Shown piece after piece: positions 31,825 to 35,961 of a DNA stretch of 35,961 nt; position 1 is the stretch's first letter; each line of letters begins with the position of its first letter. This DNA comes from Candidatus Nomurabacteria bacterium RIFCSPLOWO2_01_FULL_33_17 (lineage in GTDB: Bacteria; Patescibacteriota; Minisyncoccia; Phycocordibacterales; UBA9973), in contig MFUO01000004.1 of assembly GCA_001786995.1 (NCBI GenBank), positions 1-35,961 on the forward strand, read 5' to 3'. The notes below the pieces were generated by a model, which worked only from the letters and a program-made list of their open reading frames with translations, was not told where the DNA came from and searched no databases. The translations under genes and the position numbers were made by a program.

Positions 31825-33966
31825 TTATTTTCTTGCGGCGACGATGTCTTTTTCAACATTTGGAGGAACAATATCATAACGAGAAAATTCCATAGTAAAG
31901 CTTGCTCGGCCTTCGGTCATGCTTCTTAGTGAATTTATATAACCAAACATTTCAGAAAGTGGAACCATAGCACGGATAACTTTGTTCATACCACGGTCTT
32001 CCATACCTTCAACAAGCCCACGCTTCGACGATAGATTCCCTGTTATGTCTCCCATGAATTTTTCTGGAGTTACAACTTCAACTTTCATCATTGGTTCTAG
32101 AATAACTGGACGAGCAGACCGACATGCATCTTGGACTGCCATAGATGCCGCAATTTTAAATGCCATTTCGTTCGAGTCAACATCGTGATATGTTCCATCA
32201 TAAAGTTCCACAGAAACATTAACCATTTTAAAACCGGCAACAACTCCGCGATCAAGACCTTCGCGAAAACCTTTTTCACAAGCTGGAATATATTCTGATG
32301 GAATTGCTCCACCTTTTAATGTATTAACAAATTCAAAATGATCATCACGCTTTGTGTTTTTAGGTAGTTTTTCCAAATCAACATTCATATCCATAGGTTT
32401 GATACGAATTTTTGTATGACCATAGTTACCACGACCTCCGGATTGTTTGATATATTTACCTTCGGCTTCGGATGTAATTGTAATAGTTTCGCGATATGCC
32501 ACCATTGGTTTACCAACATTGGCTTCAACTGTAAATTCACGCTTCATACGATCAACGATAATTTCCAAATGAAGTTCACCCATACCGGCAATAATTGTTT
32601 CATTAGTTTCTTGATCAGTTGAAACTTTAAATGTTGGATCTTCTGCGGAAAGTCGTGACAATGCCATACCCATTTTTTCTTGGTCGGCTTTTGTTTTTGG
32701 TTCAATTCGAAGCGATACAACAGGTTCTGGAAAAACAATACGATCAAGCTCAATTGGGCTAGATTCGGAACAAATAGTGTCCGATGTAATTGTATCTTTT
32801 AAACCAACTGCAGCTGCAATTTCACCAGCAAAAACTTTTTTAACTTCTTCACGATCATTTGCATGCATACGCAAAATTCGTCCGATTCGTTCTTTATTAC
32901 GAGTTCGTGGATTGTAAACATAACTTCCTGATTCAAGAGTTCCAGAGTAAACCCGGAAGAAAACTAGTTGTCCAACATATGGATCACTTGCTAATTTAAA
33001 AGCTAAAGCTGAAAAAGGTTCAGTGTCAGACGGATTACGAATTAATGCTTCATCAGTTGTAGGGTGAACTCCTGTTATTGGTGGAATATCTAATGGACTT
33101 GGTAAATAATCAACAACAGCATCTAATACAAGTTGTACACCTTTATTTTTAAGTGCAGACCCTGCAAAAACTGGAAAAATTTCATTTGCAATTACTGCTT
33201 TACGCAATGTTGCTTTTAATCTTTCAATAGTTATTTCTTTGCCCTCGAGATAATCATTCATCATTGTTTCGTCATTCAATGCGATTTTTTCAACAAGTTC
33301 AGAACGATATTTTTCAACATCCCCCTTCATATCTTCTGGAATATCACATTCTACGATTTTGATTCCCATTTCTCCTTCAAATTTATATCCTTTGCGAGTA
33401 AGTAAATCAACAACACCCATATGGTTTTCTTCAAGACCAATTGGTAATTGGCATCGAACAGCTTTTTTAGAAAGACGATCAAGAATTGATGCAAAAGATT
33501 TTTCAAAGTTTGCACCAGTACGGTCAAGTTTGTTTATAAAACAAATGCGAGGAACATTGGCTTCATCAGCATAGCGCCAGTTTGTTTCAGACTGTGGTTC
33601 TACCCCGGCAACACCGTCAAATACAACAACAGCGCCATCAAGCACACGAAGAGATCTTTTAACTTCTACTGTAAAATCAATATGCCCTGGTGTATCAATA
33701 ATGTTAAAACGATGTTTTTTGTTTTTATCATTAGGTGCGTATGTTGGGTTCCAAAAACAAGTAATAGCCGCAGATGTAATAGTAATACCACGCTCTTTTT
33801 CTTGTTCCATCCAGTCAGTTGTCGCTGCACCATCATGAACTTCTCCAATTTTGTGAGATACTCCTGTGTAATATAAAACACGCTCACTAGTTGTTGTTTT
33901 ACCAGCATCAATGTGCGCAATGATTCCAAAATTTCGAACTTTCTCTAGAGGATAATCTCTTTCCAT
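31825..33966 (-). CDS. fusA: translation elongation factor G
   Basis: 713-aa ORF with [18 protein letters not shown] and the full EF-G domain set. Confidence 0.97.
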   Translation of the reverse strand: MERDYPLEKVRNFGIIAHIDAGKTTTSERVLYYTGVSHKIGEVHDGAATTDWMEQEKERGITITSAAITCFWNPTYAPNDKNKKHRFNIIDTPGHIDFTVEVKRSLRVLDGAVVVFDGVAGVEPQSETNWRYADEANVPRICFINKLDRTGANFEKSFASILDRLSKKAVRCQLPIGLEENHMGVVDLLTRKGYKFEGEMGIKIVECDIPEDMKGDVEKYRSELVEKIALNDETMMNDYLEGKEITIERLKATLRKAVIANEIFPVFAGSALKNKGVQLVLDAVVDYLPSPLDIPPITGVHPTTDEALIRNPSDTEPFSALAFKLASDPYVGQLVFFRVYSGTLESGSYVYNPRTRNKERIGRILRMHANDREEVKKVFAGEIAAAVGLKDTITSDTICSESSPIELDRIVFPEPVVSLRIEPKTKADQEKMGMALSRLSAEDPTFKVSTDQETNETIIAGMGELHLEIIVDRMKREFTVEANVGKPMVAYRETITITSEAEGKYIKQSGGRGNYGHTKIRIKPMDMNVDLEKLPKNTKRDDHFEFVNTLKGGAIPSEYIPACEKGFREGLDRGVVAGFKMVNVSVELYDGTYHDVDSNEMAFKIAASMAVQDACRSARPVILEPMMKVEVVTPEKFMGDITGNLSSKRGLVEGMEDRGMNKVIRAMVPLSEMFGYINSLRSMTEGRASFTMEFSRYDIVPPNVEKDIVAARK

Positions 33967-34001
33967 ATGATATTAATTAATGATTTTATTATTTTTATAA
34001 A

Positions 34002-34472
34002 TTACCAAGCGAAGTGTGCGAAAGCTTTGTTAGATTCTGCCATTTTATGAGTATCTGTACGCTTTTTAACTGCAGAACCTTCATTTTTAGATGCAAGTAT
34101 TAGTTCGTCAGCTAAACATTCATTCATTTGGCGGCCTTTTTGACCACGAGCTGCATTTATTATCCAACGAATTGCTAATGCTTGTTGTCTTTCTTTGCGA
34201 ACTTCTCTTGGAACTTGATAGTTTGCTCCTCCGATACGACGAGATCGTACTTCGATCAAAGGACTTGCATTTTTAATTGCTAAATCAAAAATTTCAAGGG
34301 GATTTGGATTTCCGGTTTTTTCTTTAACTATGTCAAATGCACTGTACACGACTTTCATCGCAGTATTTTTTTTACCATCCCACATAATTACATTTATAAA
34401 CTTGGAAAGTTTTTCCGAGTTATAATTCATGTCTGGACCTACAGTATTTTTATTTGTTATTTTTCTTCGCAT
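34002..34472 (-). CDS. rpsG: 30S ribosomal protein S7
   Basis: 156-aa ORF with conserved S7 sequence (VRSRRIGGANYQVP...AHFAW). Confidence 0.97.
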   Translation of the reverse strand: MRRKITNKNTVGPDMNYNSEKLSKFINVIMWDGKKNTAMKVVYSAFDIVKEKTGNPNPLEIFDLAIKNASPLIEVRSRRIGGANYQVPREVRKERQQALAIRWIINAARGQKGRQMNECLADELILASKNEGSAVKKRTDTHKMAESNKAFAHFAW

Positions 34473-34474
34473 AT

Positions 34475-34912
34475 TTATTTTTTCTTAGATACAGTGTCTC
34501 CAGCTTTTGGACGCTTTACACCATATTTACTACGCTCTTTTCGACGTTTGTCTACTCCGGATGCATCAAGTCTTCCACGGACAATATGATAACGAACACC
34601 AATAAGGTCTTTTACGCGACCACCACGAATCATTACAACCGAGTGTTCTTGTAAATTGTGACCCATTCCAGGAATATAAGCTGTAACTTCCATACCATTT
34701 GTAAGACGCACACGAGCGATTTTACGAACAGCAGAGTTAGGTTTTTTAGGAGTTGTTGTAGTAACTTTTGTACAAACGCCTCTTTTAAAAGGTGAAGGAT
34801 ACATAATAGGACGATTTTTAAGCGCATTAAAACCACGAGCCAATGCTACGGCTTTGGATTTTTTAACGACTTTTTTTCTTCCTTTTCGAACTAGTTGATT
34901 TACTGTTGGCAT
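34475..34912 (-). CDS. rpsL: 30S ribosomal protein S12
   Basis: 145-aa ORF with [19 protein letters not shown] and [17 protein letters not shown]. Confidence 0.97.
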   Translation of the reverse strand: MPTVNQLVRKGRKKVVKKSKAVALARGFNALKNRPIMYPSPFKRGVCTKVTTTTPKKPNSAVRKIARVRLTNGMEVTAYIPGMGHNLQEHSVVMIRGGRVKDLIGVRYHIVRGRLDASGVDKRRKERSKYGVKRPKAGDTVSKKK

Positions 34913-35012
34913 TAACTAAAAGAGCATTTATCGTCAGATATTACGAAAGTACCCATATTACTATTAAAATCCCGGATGCCGGGACATGTGTATATAAAGT
35001 AACATAACTAAG

Positions 35013-35058
35013 ACTAAAACGCAAGAAAAATCCCAAGGGATTTTTCTTGCGTTTTAGT
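35013..35058. terminator. 22-bp perfect hairpin (actaaaacgcaagaaaaatccc-aa-gggatttttcttgcgttttagt)
   Basis: It lies between the FKBP stop and the rpsL start. It is followed by the 18-nt perfect palindrome agctgaaagctttcagct (35060-35077). There is no clean U-run, so terminator function is assumed from position alone. Confidence 0.45.
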
Positions 35059-35083
35059 TAGCTGAAAGCTTTCAGCTTAATCA

Positions 35084-35635
35084 CTATTGCCCTATTTTTC
35101 TAAGCTCAATATCAAAAATAAGAGTTGAACCACCAGGAATTGTTTGATAATCATTTGGACCATATGCTAAATCAGATGGAATTGTAAGGCGACGCTTTTC
35201 TCCAACTTTCATACCCAACAAACCTTCATCCCATCCAGCAATAACATTACCTGCACCAACTATGAACAAAAATGGTTGTCCTCTTTTATAACTTTCATCA
35301 AACACGGTCCCATTTGTAAAAAATCCACGATAATCTACACTTACGGTATCACCACTGCGAACACCAGACCCTGTCCCCTCACTTATGATTTCTATAATAA
35401 GACCATTTTCTTTTTTTATAATTTGCACAGGTTCCATTTTATTTGTATCTTTTTTACCTAATAATTCACTACCAGTAGGTATTACTTTAATATTTGTACC
35501 AGTAATCCCATCATCAGTAATTTGTGGTGCAACAACTGAACCACTAAAATTTTTATATCCTAAAATACTTATAATTACAAGAACCATAATGATAACGATA
35601 CCTATAAATACCTTGGAATCTTTTTTCTTTTGCAT
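35084..35635 (-). CDS. membrane-anchored FKBP-type peptidyl-prolyl cis-trans isomerase
   Basis: 183-aa ORF with an N-terminal TM helix and the FKBP core ([18 protein letters not shown]...[26 protein letters not shown]). Confidence 0.85.
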   Translation of the reverse strand: MQKKKDSKVFIGIVIIMVLVIISILGYKNFSGSVVAPQITDDGITGTNIKVIPTGSELLGKKDTNKMEPVQIIKKENGLIIEIISEGTGSGVRSGDTVSVDYRGFFTNGTVFDESYKRGQPFLFIVGAGNVIAGWDEGLLGMKVGEKRRLTIPSDLAYGPNDYQTIPGGSTLIFDIELRKIGQ

Positions 35636-35668
35636 ATATTATAAAAATTAATTATTTAAGTTAAAATT

Positions 35669-35950
35669 TTAAAAAAATCGAAGTAATAAAATAAACAAAG
35701 GTGCAACAAGTGCAAATGAAACCAATGAGTAACCAGCATTTATACCAAACAATGTCCAACTATCTCGTCTTGCGCGTCCAGACCAAATAGCACCACTTGC
35801 TTTGTTAGGCATAATAATAAAGAACCAAAATATAATTCCAAATATAAGTGCTGCGGAATATGTACTAGCAAATGCTAAATTCATAATTGTTAAAAATCCG
35901 AAGAACATTATGAAACTTGAAACAAAATCCAAAACTACACGAATTATCAT
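35669..35950 (-). CDS. small 3-TM membrane protein
   Basis: 93-aa hydrophobic ORF. No family recognised. Confidence 0.45.
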   Translation of the reverse strand: MIIRVVLDFVSSFIMFFGFLTIMNLAFASTYSAALIFGIIFWFFIIMPNKASGAIWSGRARRDSWTLFGINAGYSLVSFALVAPLFILLLRFF

Positions 35951-35961
35951 GTCTTTTTTAT

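Noticed and set aside
1498-35651. Many 60-110-aa track ORFs nested inside or antisense to long genes. Examples: 1498-1704, 2916-3119, 3656-3906, 6172-6363, 6721-6915, 7230-7448, 10681-10872, 11743-11961, 12245-12442, 15910-16104, 18497-18790, 19981-20253, 20487-20705, 23090-23398, 24832-25014, 25271-25453, 28987-29205, 29499-29738, 31197-31523, 31982-33929 (several), 34091-34836 (several) and 35276-35651.
   Set aside because: Each fully overlaps a confidently identified CDS in another frame or strand and shows no recognisable motif. These are typical shadow ORFs of an AT-rich genome.
1-35961. Search for CRISPR arrays, rRNA or tRNA genes, transposases, integrases, and toxin-antitoxin or known defence genes
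   Set aside because: I saw no regularly spaced direct repeats, no T-loop or anticodon-arm combinations in any spacer, and no recombinase or nuclease signature ORFs. The Cas2-fold protein at 5112-5594 is a PaaX-like regulator with no array or cas neighbours.

Overview
This is an AT-rich (about 30% GC by eye), gene-dense bacterial chromosomal segment. I count about 36 CDSs, all but five on the minus strand. Most are core housekeeping genes:
- a tatD-like gene cut by the left edge, then metG, an AI-2E permease and an M16 peptidase
- glyQS, a recO-like gene, and ileS behind a T-box leader
- dut, tmk and an RluA-family pseudouridine synthase
- secE-nusG-rplK
- rpsL-rpsG-fusA running directly into a MacAB-like efflux set (adaptor, FtsX permease, ATPase)
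- a SIMPL protein and an FKBP isomerase

Small proteins, start codons with almost no Shine-Dalgarno sequence and a CPR/Patescibacteria-style pilin helix suggest a reduced-genome lineage. That placement is inference only. I found no rRNA, tRNA, CRISPR array, transposase or integrase.

The observations that stand out are:
1. ileS carries a complete histidine-phosphatase domain inserted inside its catalytic body.
2. A roughly 100-nt structured cassette occurs four times, each copy ending exactly on the start codon of an unrelated gene. A second cassette type with the same geometry sits at the RluA-family gene.
3. GC-rich hairpin repeat families occur in intergenic DNA and are also inserted in frame into metG, ileS and the tatD-like gene.
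4. An accessory block at about 19.3-27.2 kb holds a Zn-ribbon-RDD-pilin-TPR fusion, an HExxH protein and a 1194-aa Fn3-repeat protein with a Bacteroidota-type T9SS sorting tail.
5. A roughly 460-nt locus runs from a consensus promoter to an intrinsic terminator with no credible ORF. It is a candidate structured RNA of unknown class.
6. Twin 34-bp palindromes bracket a winged-helix/Cas2-fold regulator gene.
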